Shown here piece after piece: positions 9,490 to 18,813 of a stretch of DNA of 64,000 bases. Under the pieces are notes generated by a model. It was not told the origin of the DNA. It ran no database searches and worked only from the letters and a program-made list of their open reading frames with translations. The position numbers were made by a program, and so were the translations under genes. The stretch is from Candidatus Woesearchaeota archaeon (GTDB taxonomy: Archaea > Nanobdellota > Nanobdellia > Woesearchaeales > GW2011-AR15). Numbering within the stretch: the stretch's first letter is position 1; each line of letters begins with the position of its first letter. Location: the NCBI GenBank assembly GCA_016928835.1, contig JAFGJW010000007.1, forward strand, positions 12,158 to 76,157, read 5' to 3'.

Positions 9490-10562
9490 TACAAGGTCAA
9501 AACTACAAAACAGTCTGGATGGAGGGCAATATAATTAAATTAATCAACCAGCCGCTGCTCCCACATAGATTTGAGATTACCGAAGTCCACAATTATGAGG
9601 AAGTATATCTGGCAATAAAGACCATGGTTGTAAGGGGCGCTCCAGCAATCGGTGCTACAGCAGCTTATGGTGTTGCACAGGCAGTATATGATTTCCAGGG
9701 TCCGCTTAAGGCATTAAAACACCACCTAGCTAAAGTTAATAAGAGAATCGCATCTTCAAGGCCTACTGCACAGGACCTGTTTCATGGAATAGCTAATGTA
9801 ACTAACTCAACAATAAATTCAAAAACAGTAAAAGAAGCAAAGAAAAAAGCAGTAGAAGCAGCAGAAGAATATGCTAATAACAGTGTAGAAGAATGTAAGA
9901 AAATTGGTGAGCATGGCAGTAAGTTAATCAAGAATAATTTTAAAATACTGACACACTGCAACGCAGGTGCTTTAGCTACTGTTGATTATGGGACTGCTCT
10001 GGCGCCAATAAGGATTGCTCATTACAATAGTAAAAAAATATTTATATATGTTGATGAAACAAGACCAAGGCTGCAAGGTGCAAGATTGACTTCTTTTGAA
10101 TTAGGTGAAGAAAATATTCCGCATGCAATTATTGCAGACAATGCCGCAGGGTATTATATGAGACAAAAAGAGATAGATATATGCATAGTGGGTGCCGACA
10201 GAATAGCTGCGAATGGTGATGTTGCAAATAAAATTGGTACTTATGAAAAGGCTGTCCTGGCTAAAGAGAATGACATCCCATTTTATGTTGCCGCACCCTT
10301 ATCAACATTTGACCTAAATTGCAGCTCAGGGAATAAAATACCTATTGAAGAAAGAGATCAAAGCGAAGTATTGTTCAGTATAGGCTGGAACGATAATGGT
10401 GATTTTAATAAGGTAAGAATATCACCTGAAAACAGCAAAGCAAAGAATCCTGCATTTGACATCACACCAGCTAGATATATTACAGGGATTATTACGCCTA
10501 AAGGGATAATTAATGCAAATAAACAAGGAATAAGAAAACTATTCTGCGTAGAGAGGCTCTAG
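9483..10562 (+). CDS. eIF-2B alpha/beta/delta-family isomerase (ribose-1,5-bisphosphate isomerase or methylthioribose-1-phosphate isomerase)
   Basis: Motifs SRPTAQDL, THCNAGALAT, VDETRPRLQGARLT, VGADRIAANGDVANKIGT; 7-nt overlap with deoB. Confidence 0.8.
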   Translation: MLIQGQNYKTVWMEGNIIKLINQPLLPHRFEITEVHNYEEVYLAIKTMVVRGAPAIGATAAYGVAQAVYDFQGPLKALKHHLAKVNKRIASSRPTAQDLFHGIANVTNSTINSKTVKEAKKKAVEAAEEYANNSVEECKKIGEHGSKLIKNNFKILTHCNAGALATVDYGTALAPIRIAHYNSKKIFIYVDETRPRLQGARLTSFELGEENIPHAIIADNAAGYYMRQKEIDICIVGADRIAANGDVANKIGTYEKAVLAKENDIPFYVAAPLSTFDLNCSSGNKIPIEERDQSEVLFSIGWNDNGDFNKVRISPENSKAKNPAFDITPARYITGIITPKGIINANKQGIRKLFCVERL

Positions 10563-10871
10563 CGCTTCTATTAAAAGTTCATTTGCACTTTTGCGAAGTT
10601 CAACAGTGCCTTCCCTGCTGCAATAAGGACATCTGTTAACTTCAGCTGATTTCCGCTTTGAGAAATTGTACTGGCATGCCTTGCAGTGATATCTAAGGAC
10701 TTCTTGAACTTCTTCTTGTTGATTCTCCTCAGCTTCGAAGGGTATCTCAATTTTCCTGGTTTTCTCTCCTAGACAGTACACACATAACAATTTAGCATTT
10801 GTCATAGAGAACTTGATCTCAGAACTTGGATACTCATTTTTGCATTTTGAACATGTCAGCATAACAATCAC
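10539..10871 (-). CDS. zinc-ribbon protein (four CxxC pairs) downstream of ftsZ
   Basis: 110 aa; CSKC..CVYC..CKAC..CPYC. Confidence 0.5.
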   Translation of the reverse strand: MIVMLTCSKCKNEYPSSEIKFSMTNAKLLCVYCLGEKTRKIEIPFEAEENQQEEVQEVLRYHCKACQYNFSKRKSAEVNRCPYCSREGTVELRKSANELLIEALEPLYAE

Positions 10872-10894
10872 CTGTAAAAATAAAAGATAAAATT

Positions 10895-11938
10895 TCAGCT
10901 CAATATCTCAATCTTGAGCTCGTCATTAAACAATCTTTGCTTTTCTGCCGCTCTTTCTTTGACACACTCTTTTCCAAGGATCCATGGGCTTTTTACCCCA
11001 GTTATAATTGTCATGACGCACAATTTGCCTGTCATCTGATCATTTACTCTTGCTCCCCAGATAACATTTGCATCAAGATCCATGGAAGCAGTCACTAATT
11101 CTCCAACTTTAGAAACATCCTCAAGTGTCATATCTGGCCCGCCTTCAACATGGATAAGCGCTCCTGTAGCTCCCTCATAATCAATATTCAGCAGCGGATT
11201 GCTCAAAGCACCTTTTACTGCCTCCTCCACTCTGTTTTCTGTGTCTGAAACACCTATACCTATGCATGCAACTCCTCCATTAGTCATTATTGCCTTCACA
11301 TCTGCATAATCAAGATTCACTAAAGAAGGTACAGCTATAATCTCAACAATGCCTCTGATCATTGTACTTATTAATTCATTTGCAACTGCAAAAGCCTGTC
11401 TAACTGGCAGATTACCAGCAATCTGCACAAGCCTATTATTATCTATAACCACAACAGTATCACAATAGCTTCTTAGCTGCTGTAATCCAAACTCTGCCTT
11501 ATCGATTCTGGCCCTCTCAATATTGAATGGCATTGTAACAGTGCCTATCACAATATTACCCATCTCCTTGCATAATTTTGCCACAACCGGCGCAGCGCCT
11601 GTTCCTGTTCCGCCGCCCATTCCTGCGCATATAAAAACCATGTCCGTATCTTTTAACGTATTCTTTATATTTGCACTGCTCTCTTCAGCAGCCTGTGCTC
11701 CCAGCTTTGGAAAGCCTCCGCATCCAAGGCCTCTAGTAACATCCTTGCCTATCAAGAATTTCTTATCTGCATCAATAACACTAAGATGCTGTTGATCTGT
11801 ATTGCATGCAATAACTTCTGCACCCTTAACTCCTTTTTGGTATAGCCAGTTGACCATATTATTGCCGGCTCCTCCGACACCAATGACCTTTATTCTTACC
11901 TGACCTACATCCAAACCTTCATATACTTGTTCTGTCAT
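10895..11938 (-). CDS. ftsZ: cell division GTPase FtsZ
   Basis: Tubulin signature GGGTGTGAAPVVA, GVGGAGNN N-terminal GTP-binding loop. Confidence 0.95.
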   Translation of the reverse strand: MTEQVYEGLDVGQVRIKVIGVGGAGNNMVNWLYQKGVKGAEVIACNTDQQHLSVIDADKKFLIGKDVTRGLGCGGFPKLGAQAAEESSANIKNTLKDTDMVFICAGMGGGTGTGAAPVVAKLCKEMGNIVIGTVTMPFNIERARIDKAEFGLQQLRSYCDTVVVIDNNRLVQIAGNLPVRQAFAVANELISTMIRGIVEIIAVPSLVNLDYADVKAIMTNGGVACIGIGVSDTENRVEEAVKGALSNPLLNIDYEGATGALIHVEGGPDMTLEDVSKVGELVTASMDLDANVIWGARVNDQMTGKLCVMTIITGVKSPWILGKECVKERAAEKQRLFNDELKIEILS

Positions 11939-12125
11939 TTTTCCCTCCTTTTTTTATAACATTTCAAAAAAAGTATTATTTATAATAAATGAACTAATAT
12001 ATAAATTTTACTATTAGTGTGGATTTTTGTATATTAATATTATAAAATGTATTTTTTAGAATATAAATAGGTAGTAAATAAGTAAAATAAAAAAATTTAT
12101 AACATCATGTAGCAATTGAAAGCAC

Positions 12126-12692
12126 ATGGAAAAATATTCTGGTGTAAAATTCAAAACAGTATTTCTCAGCAATAATATTCTCAAAACAACTGCAGATACT
12201 AAGAAGCTACTAAAATGGTGCAGAGTTTTTCATGAAAAAGGTTTTGCCCCTTGTTATGATAAGGGGTCATGTGGAAACTTGAGCTATAGAACAGAAAAAG
12301 CAATGATTATAACCCCAAGTTCTTGCTTTTTTGACAAAATCACTGAAAAAGACCTTGTGACAGTATTGGCCCTAGATCTTAAAGCAAAGCAGGTATTTGT
12401 CCATGGCATAAGGGAACCCTCCTCTGAAACTTTCCTTCATGCTAAAATATATGAATTAAGAGAAGATATAAACGCGGTCTTCCATGGGCACTGCGATAAT
12501 ATTGTTAGGAACGCCAAAAAACTGAAGCTTGTTGAAACAGAAAAAGAGCAAGCTTATGGCTCGCTTAAATTGGTTGAAGAAGTAGAAAAAGTCCTCAGAA
12601 AGAATAATATTATTGTATTGAAGAACCATGGTTTTATTTCTTTAGGGGAAACAATGGAAGATGCTGGTGAAAGAATATTAAGAATTATTTAA
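12126..12692 (+). CDS. class II aldolase/adducin-family protein (MtnB/Ald2/fuculose-P aldolase-like)
   Basis: GNLSYR...IITPSS and HAKIY...AVFHGH metal-binding motifs. Confidence 0.75.
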   Translation: MEKYSGVKFKTVFLSNNILKTTADTKKLLKWCRVFHEKGFAPCYDKGSCGNLSYRTEKAMIITPSSCFFDKITEKDLVTVLALDLKAKQVFVHGIREPSSETFLHAKIYELREDINAVFHGHCDNIVRNAKKLKLVETEKEQAYGSLKLVEEVEKVLRKNNIIVLKNHGFISLGETMEDAGERILRII

Positions 12693-14661
12693 GCAAACCC
12701 TCCAGCCATTTCCCTGCCTGATTCAGCCATATCTGTATCTTCTCCCAAAAGGTGGGCTCATTAAGATCAATAGAAAAATGTTCTTCTGTTAGATAAGCCC
12801 TGCCTTCTTCATCTTCATAGTGAATTAAGATAGAGAACCTATTATCCATTAGTTTAAGCAGGTCACCTGAGAGTGTGTACTTAAAGGGTTTATATGAGCT
12901 TAATTCATCCAACTCTGCAGTCTCTTCCTCACCATTGACAACAAACACAACTTTTATATTTTGTGGCTCAGAAAAAGACCTTTTCCAGAGCTCAAAAACA
13001 ATATCAAAATTATCTCTGTAAGTGACTTTATCAGGATAAATTAAATCAGTTACCTCAATTAAGGGCCTGTCAATTACAGTGATGGTAAGAAACTCTGCTT
13101 TGCTAACATCTTTATTCTTTGCTGTTGCTGTCAGCGCCTTTTGCCCAAGCTCGCCGTAGCTTAATCCAAAGGTTACAGCCTCTGCTTGTGATATGCCCAA
13201 ATCTATTGTCTTGCAATCACTATCCAGGCATATCCTAAGATTATTTAGGATGACATTCCCAACATTCCTTACACTACAATTCACAGAAAAAGACTTATTC
13301 ACATCCGCTTTTTCCTGGTGGGCACAGTCAAGTGTAACATCTCCCCTATAAACTTTGTCCTCCTCATATTCACTCAATAGACCAAGGATGTGCGTATAAG
13401 TAAATTTGATTGCATTATTCTCTGCCTTAAATTCAGACTCATGCTCCTTATTTGAGCTCGTCCTTATAGAAAAAGGGAAAGTATAAATGTAATTCTCTCT
13501 TAAATCAGAATCTACTTCTGCAATCCAAAAAACCATTTTCTTTTCTCCGGGTTTTAGCAGAACAAATTTTCTCTGGTCTTTAACAACTATTTCCTTTGGC
13601 TTTGATAGGATAAGTTCAGTTGTGACATAATAGTCTTTCTTATTAGTTAGTGTCACTTCAATCAGATTATATGAGCCTATGTCTATTCTATCTGACAAAA
13701 CATCTAATGTAACATCAAACAGTTCTGAAGCAGCTTTCCCATACTCACTTATGCTAACTTCTGTACCAAGGCTTTGTGCGTTGAGCTCAGTATCAATTGA
13801 TTTCCACTCAAATGTTGTGCTTGCTTTCTGGGAGTCTATTGAATGCTTTAGCTTAATATGCCCTGCATCCACATAGCCAAGCTGGCCATATGTCACATCA
13901 AAAGGCACCCAGCCATGGCCTGGAAAATATACCTCTGCCCACCCATGCAATCCCCAGGAATTTTGAAATGTCTCAATATTAGTGTATGCAATGCCGGAAA
14001 CAAATCTTGCTGGAATACCCATTGATCTGCAGAGAGAGATGAAAAGGTTTGTCAGTTCATCGCACACACCCTCTTTATGTTCAAGCACCCAGGTTGATTT
14101 CTGAGTTGCCTCTGCTGTAACTGCTGAGAGAGAATCATCATAAATAATATTCCTGTTCACCCACTCAGCAAGCTTAAACACCACAACAAATAAATCATCC
14201 TCTCCCTCTGCCAGAGAAGAACCCAGTTCAATAATCTCTTTGTTAATGTCAATGAGCTCAGTTTCTTCTAGGTATTCCTCCTCCTCAATGCTGAGCAACG
14301 GAAATCTAATCTTTTCTGTGACTGGAAGAAAGTCATCATATGTTCTTATCTTTGAGAGCAAATAGTAATCAAGCTTGGTCTCAGCTGGTTCGTCCCATGT
14401 AAAAATGACTGAATCATCTTCTCTTACACCAGGAACAGACTCAAGGCTTATTACTTCCTGCCTGTAATCGTCAATTGGCAGAAAAGCCAGTTTCGCACTA
14501 ACATAGTCAACTCTGCTTCGAGAAGATGTTTTCACCAGATTGATAGTTGAATACAGCCTAAGCTCCATAACTACATCATTTACATAAAGCACAGCATCAT
14601 CTTCAGCCCAAACAGTAACAAGCAATAAGATAAAAATAACTAGCACAAATAATTTTTTCAT
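12685..14661 (-). CDS. secreted transglutaminase-like cysteine protease domain protein
   Basis: 658 aa; N-terminal signal/TM, transglutaminase core GVCDELTNLFISLCRSMGIPARFVSG...HGWAEVY...D catalytic triad. Confidence 0.8.
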   Translation of the reverse strand: MKKLFVLVIFILLLVTVWAEDDAVLYVNDVVMELRLYSTINLVKTSSRSRVDYVSAKLAFLPIDDYRQEVISLESVPGVREDDSVIFTWDEPAETKLDYYLLSKIRTYDDFLPVTEKIRFPLLSIEEEEYLEETELIDINKEIIELGSSLAEGEDDLFVVVFKLAEWVNRNIIYDDSLSAVTAEATQKSTWVLEHKEGVCDELTNLFISLCRSMGIPARFVSGIAYTNIETFQNSWGLHGWAEVYFPGHGWVPFDVTYGQLGYVDAGHIKLKHSIDSQKASTTFEWKSIDTELNAQSLGTEVSISEYGKAASELFDVTLDVLSDRIDIGSYNLIEVTLTNKKDYYVTTELILSKPKEIVVKDQRKFVLLKPGEKKMVFWIAEVDSDLRENYIYTFPFSIRTSSNKEHESEFKAENNAIKFTYTHILGLLSEYEEDKVYRGDVTLDCAHQEKADVNKSFSVNCSVRNVGNVILNNLRICLDSDCKTIDLGISQAEAVTFGLSYGELGQKALTATAKNKDVSKAEFLTITVIDRPLIEVTDLIYPDKVTYRDNFDIVFELWKRSFSEPQNIKVVFVVNGEEETAELDELSSYKPFKYTLSGDLLKLMDNRFSILIHYEDEEGRAYLTEEHFSIDLNEPTFWEKIQIWLNQAGKWLEGLLK

Positions 14662-14754
14662 GTCAAGAATATTTTTATATAGACTATATAAGATTTTCTA
14701 TATTCTTTATTTGTATCCGTTAAATTTATAAAACGAGTCATATCTTTAAGATAT

Positions 14755-15315
14755 ATGGGAGATAATAATGACAAGGAGTTTCTTGATGAGTTTGATATTG
14801 ATGTCAAACGGTTGATAAAACATCTTGTGCAGTTTATCGTAATCATAATACTATTTAATATACTGTCAACTTTTTTTAGAGGAAAGACCATTTTATTATT
14901 TGAGGAGATAATTAGCCTTGAAATAATCTTATTGATTCTGTTCGGACTATTATCGCTTCCGCTTGTAGGCAGGCTGGTTGCAGATACTCGGATCCTAATT
15001 GCATTATTATCAAGTTTTATAATTAAGAGATTTCCTGGAATGACGCAGGAAGTCCATCCGCTTATCAGGATTTTTAGGGATATTGTCTATATCATTATCT
15101 TGTTCCTTGTTTCTGTTCCTGCAATTCCTCTTTTCAGCCAGTATATGGTATTTGGCTATCATGTTACACATATAGTCTCTTTATTATTATTGGCACTGCT
15201 CGTTGTTTTTCTATATGATCTGTCAAAAAACATTTTTCAGCTCACTCATGGGCATCTTAAAGAAGCAGCTGCACATTTTCTAAAGATAATGGATAAATTA
15301 AACAAGAAAAAATGA
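14755..15315 (+). CDS. hypothetical membrane protein
   Basis: 186 aa, multiple hydrophobic helices. Confidence 0.4.
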   Translation: MGDNNDKEFLDEFDIDVKRLIKHLVQFIVIIILFNILSTFFRGKTILLFEEIISLEIILLILFGLLSLPLVGRLVADTRILIALLSSFIIKRFPGMTQEVHPLIRIFRDIVYIIILFLVSVPAIPLFSQYMVFGYHVTHIVSLLLLALLVVFLYDLSKNIFQLTHGHLKEAAAHFLKIMDKLNKKK

Positions 15316-16601
15316 CGCCTGAGATAATTGCGCTCCTAATTTTTACACTCACATATCTTTTGTTCATAAGTGAACTGGTACATAAAACAGTGGCAGCATT
15401 AATCGGCGCCATGCTTATGGTAGCCTACGGCATTCTGAGTTATAATGAGATTGGCTCAACTATTGATTATAAGACACTGACAGTGGCAATTGGTATGATG
15501 ATTACAATTAATGTTGTAAAAAAAAGTGGACTATTTGAGTATCTCTCAATAAAGGCAGTGAAAATTACAAAGGGCAATCCCACAAAATTGATGGTGGTAA
15601 TAGTCTTGCTGAGCACACTAATATCAACATTTTTCAGCAACATAACCTCAACCTTAATATTAGGAACTTTAGTAATTTCATTATGCCATATGTTAGACCT
15701 TGATTTTGTGCCTTACCTCGTTATAATTGCCATAAGTGTTAATATCGCTGGATTATTGACTCCGATAAGCTCTCTCCCAAACATTATGGTGTCTGCAGCC
15801 GCCGGATTGAGCTTTGGCGATTTCGGTTTAAATTTATTATTGCTTGGAATTCTGCTGCTGGCATCAACCATTATTTTCTTTATGTTCTTTTTTAGGAAAA
15901 CATTAACAAAACGCATTAGTAGAGAAGAAATTGATAGGCTGAAGCAACTAGACGAAAACAAAGAAATAAAAAATAAAAAACTTTTTACCAGGTCTTGCAT
16001 TATCCTTGGACTTATTGTTTTCTTCTTTTTGATTCAGGACGTGACCCATATTGGCAATGAGGCAATTGCAATCGCAGGTGCTATAATTATGTTGCTTCTA
16101 AGCAGCGCAGATCCAGAGGAAATGCTTTCACAAGTCCAATGGTCAACAATCGCATTTTTCATAGGACTTTTCATTGTGATTGGTGGCATAGAGAAGGTAG
16201 GCCTACTGGATAAGATATCTTACTTACTTGCTGAACATATCTCCTCATTGCTCTCTGCAATGTTTTTAATCTTGTCTGGCTCTGCAATTAGCTCATCTAT
16301 TGTTGATAACATTCCTGTGACAGCAGTTTTGCTACCTATTCTCAAGAATCTCAACAGCATCCTGAACATAAGCGGCAACTTTCTTTTCTATCCACTGATT
16401 GCTGGTGTAGCAATAGGAGGAAATATCACACCAATTGCCTCTCCTGCAAATGTAATCGCTGTTGGATTGGCTGAAAAAAACAAAAAGAGAATTAGCTTCG
16501 GTTACTTTATGAAGGCTGGTTTGTTTTTATCCTTGCTGCATATGATAATCTCCACATTGTATTTTAGTGCTATGATATATCTTCAATTTGGATCATTATA
16601 G
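15312..16601 (+). CDS. ArsB/NhaD-superfamily anion permease
   Basis: 429 aa polytopic membrane protein with internal repeat architecture typical of CitMHS/ArsB/NhaD; 4-nt overlap with upstream ORF. Confidence 0.6.
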   Translation: MTPEIIALLIFTLTYLLFISELVHKTVAALIGAMLMVAYGILSYNEIGSTIDYKTLTVAIGMMITINVVKKSGLFEYLSIKAVKITKGNPTKLMVVIVLLSTLISTFFSNITSTLILGTLVISLCHMLDLDFVPYLVIIAISVNIAGLLTPISSLPNIMVSAAAGLSFGDFGLNLLLLGILLLASTIIFFMFFFRKTLTKRISREEIDRLKQLDENKEIKNKKLFTRSCIILGLIVFFFLIQDVTHIGNEAIAIAGAIIMLLLSSADPEEMLSQVQWSTIAFFIGLFIVIGGIEKVGLLDKISYLLAEHISSLLSAMFLILSGSAISSSIVDNIPVTAVLLPILKNLNSILNISGNFLFYPLIAGVAIGGNITPIASPANVIAVGLAEKNKKRISFGYFMKAGLFLSLLHMIISTLYFSAMIYLQFGSL

Positions 16602-16613
16602 GGGCAGATAAGA

Positions 16614-17639
16614 TTATATCTGTTTTTCTATATTATCAATAAATTTGTTAAAATCTTTTTCCTTAATGCATGCCCCGCATGCATGCTCATGCCCGCCGCC
16701 GTAACCGTCTACATCTTTTAAGGCTTTTTGTACAATTGGAAGTACTTTCCTATTGCCGCAGCGCAAGGATAATTTAACTTCTCCAGACCTAGTCCTGCCT
16801 GTAATAACAAACTTATCCTGATGCCTGTACAGCAATTCATTACTCAAATCAGATGTGAACGACATCTTGTTTCCAGAATAAATAAATAGTATAATCTTGT
16901 CATTTGTCACTTTGACCTGCTTCAACAATTCATCATATTCAGTATTTATTTTTTGGAATCTTTTATAAATAAACCTTCCTTGCGGTGATGTCTGCTCAAG
17001 TATTTCATATGGATCATTTATTCTGGTCAATATTTTAACACATGTCATCGCTTCACTTGTTTTACCCTTGACAATAAAGTTAAATATTTTTGCTAAGAGC
17101 CCTATCTTAGAATTAAACAAAGCATCTTCTGGTTTCTTAATTCTACTGGACAATAAATCTGGATATTCTTTAATAAATTCATTCTTGAAATCAGGTATGA
17201 ACCAGTCTCCAATGCATCCAGCCATGGCAATCCAAATATCCTGCTCAACCACTTTATAGGCCCAGTAGCTTGTCGGAGAAGTATTGTTATTTGTACTTTT
17301 GATAAGAGGATTATAATATTTAACATTTTTCCTGGCAGCAGGCTGATGATGGTCCAACCAAACTACTTTGGTCTTGGCATTGTCAATGAAATCCTGGCTG
17401 ACTTTCGGGATGTCAAGAATAAATATCTTGTCAGGATGATATTCCTCAACTTTTCTTATAAATTTATCATCTAACATGGGGTATGTTTTAAGGATAACTC
17501 CTTTGCCTTCTTTAATAAATCTGTAGAAAAGCAAAAATGATGAAAGCCCGTCCGCATCATCATCAAAAAAGATTAAAGGGCGGAAGCTTGACTCTAGCTC
17601 TTCTCTTAGCTCTTGTATTTGTTCATTGGTAAAAGCCAT
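16614..17639 (-). CDS. DHH/DHHA1 phosphoesterase (NrnA/RecJ-like)
   Basis: DHH motifs FFDDDADG, WLDHHQP and DHHA1 GGGHEHACGA. Confidence 0.8.
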   Translation of the reverse strand: MAFTNEQIQELREELESSFRPLIFFDDDADGLSSFLLFYRFIKEGKGVILKTYPMLDDKFIRKVEEYHPDKIFILDIPKVSQDFIDNAKTKVVWLDHHQPAARKNVKYYNPLIKSTNNNTSPTSYWAYKVVEQDIWIAMAGCIGDWFIPDFKNEFIKEYPDLLSSRIKKPEDALFNSKIGLLAKIFNFIVKGKTSEAMTCVKILTRINDPYEILEQTSPQGRFIYKRFQKINTEYDELLKQVKVTNDKIILFIYSGNKMSFTSDLSNELLYRHQDKFVITGRTRSGEVKLSLRCGNRKVLPIVQKALKDVDGYGGGHEHACGACIKEKDFNKFIDNIEKQI

Positions 17640-17676
17640 TTAGACACTAAAAAAAACGGAATTTATATAATTTATC

Positions 17677-18099
17677 TTAAATATATATCCTGCGTGCATT
17701 AAATGAATCTGGTGTAATAATAAAGTGAACTTGACTATCATCTTCGTCTGAATATCCACCCAGGGGTAATGTGAGATTCCTGAATGAAACAGGTGTGGAA
17801 GGTGGCATAAAATCATAAATGCTTCCCCCAAATTCATAAAACCCGCACGGGTTTTCTACATAAACTCGGCAATTCCTAAGAAGTACAATACCAGATTTAT
17901 CTCCTGGTCCTGCAGAGCCGCATATTAAGACTTTCCTACCAAGACTATAGCGACCGCCTGAGACTAGCATTATTAATTCTCTTGGTAATTTAGATTGGCT
18001 AGCACTAAGTAATGTTTCAAGGCTCTCAAAGTCAGGCACTTCATGTGAGCCTGGAAGTAAATCTATTCTCTCTATCTCAGCTTCTTGTCTTGCATTCAT
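17677..18099 (-). CDS. hypothetical protein (Arg/Gly-rich, lineage-atypical composition)
   Basis: 140 aa; ATGA stop/start overlap with upstream thiI-like gene suggests co-transcription. Confidence 0.4.
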   Translation of the reverse strand: MNARQEAEIERIDLLPGSHEVPDFESLETLLSASQSKLPRELIMLVSGGRYSLGRKVLICGSAGPGDKSGIVLLRNCRVYVENPCGFYEFGGSIYDFMPPSTPVSFRNLTLPLGGYSDEDDSQVHFIITPDSFNARRIYI

Positions 18100-18704
18100 T
18101 TTATATTTTCAACTGCTTTACATATAATTTCTACAAGATTAAGTTTTTCTTCCTCTTCTTCAACCTTATCTAAATTAGCCTTTGTTGCAGGATTTTTTGG
18201 GAGCAGGGCGCAAGAGGGTGACCTTAGTATTGAGATATCATATGTTCCAATATCTATAGCCTTATTTATTGTTTCCTGTTTATCATTGCATAATACCGGT
18301 CTTAAAATTGTAATTTTTATGCTCCTGTCAAGAACATACATATTATGCAAAGTCTGCGAAGCAACCTGTCCAAGGCTCTCGCCTGTAATCAAATACTGAT
18401 ACTCTTTCTTATTCGCTATTGCCTCTGCTATCCTGTACATCATTCTTTTGCAGACAACACACCTATACCTCGGATAGACCTTTTCTGCGATTGCCTTCTG
18501 AATTTCTTTGAAAGGGACATCAAACAATTGAATTTTTTTGTTTGTTCTCTCAGAAATTTGTTTAATCAATTTTTGTACTTTTTCCAAAGACCTTTCATCA
18601 GTGTTAAAATGCACGCAGTCCACCTTGAGCCCCTGTTTTAGCATAACATAAGTGGCAACAGGGCTGTCTATTCCTGAAGATATTAAAGAAAGTGCATTAA
18701 CCAT
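18096..18704 (-). CDS. thiI: tRNA sulfurtransferase ThiI-like PP-loop ATPase (AANH domain only)
   Basis: PP-loop SGGIDSPVA; 202 aa, no THUMP or rhodanese domain. Confidence 0.75.
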   Translation of the reverse strand: MVNALSLISSGIDSPVATYVMLKQGLKVDCVHFNTDERSLEKVQKLIKQISERTNKKIQLFDVPFKEIQKAIAEKVYPRYRCVVCKRMMYRIAEAIANKKEYQYLITGESLGQVASQTLHNMYVLDRSIKITILRPVLCNDKQETINKAIDIGTYDISILRSPSCALLPKNPATKANLDKVEEEEEKLNLVEIICKAVENIK

Positions 18705-18813
18705 TAAGAAATCAAAACTAAGATAATATATAAAGATTTACCATGGCAAATTTGTTTAGATATATTTAAATATAAGATTTAAATCATAGAACTCACTTAG
18801 GGGTGGGAACAAG

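Noticed and set aside
11940-12125. AT-rich 185-bp divergent intergenic region as replication origin
   Set aside because: No ORB-like inverted repeats or adjacent cdc6/orc1 gene; more simply a bidirectional promoter region for ftsZ and the aldolase gene.
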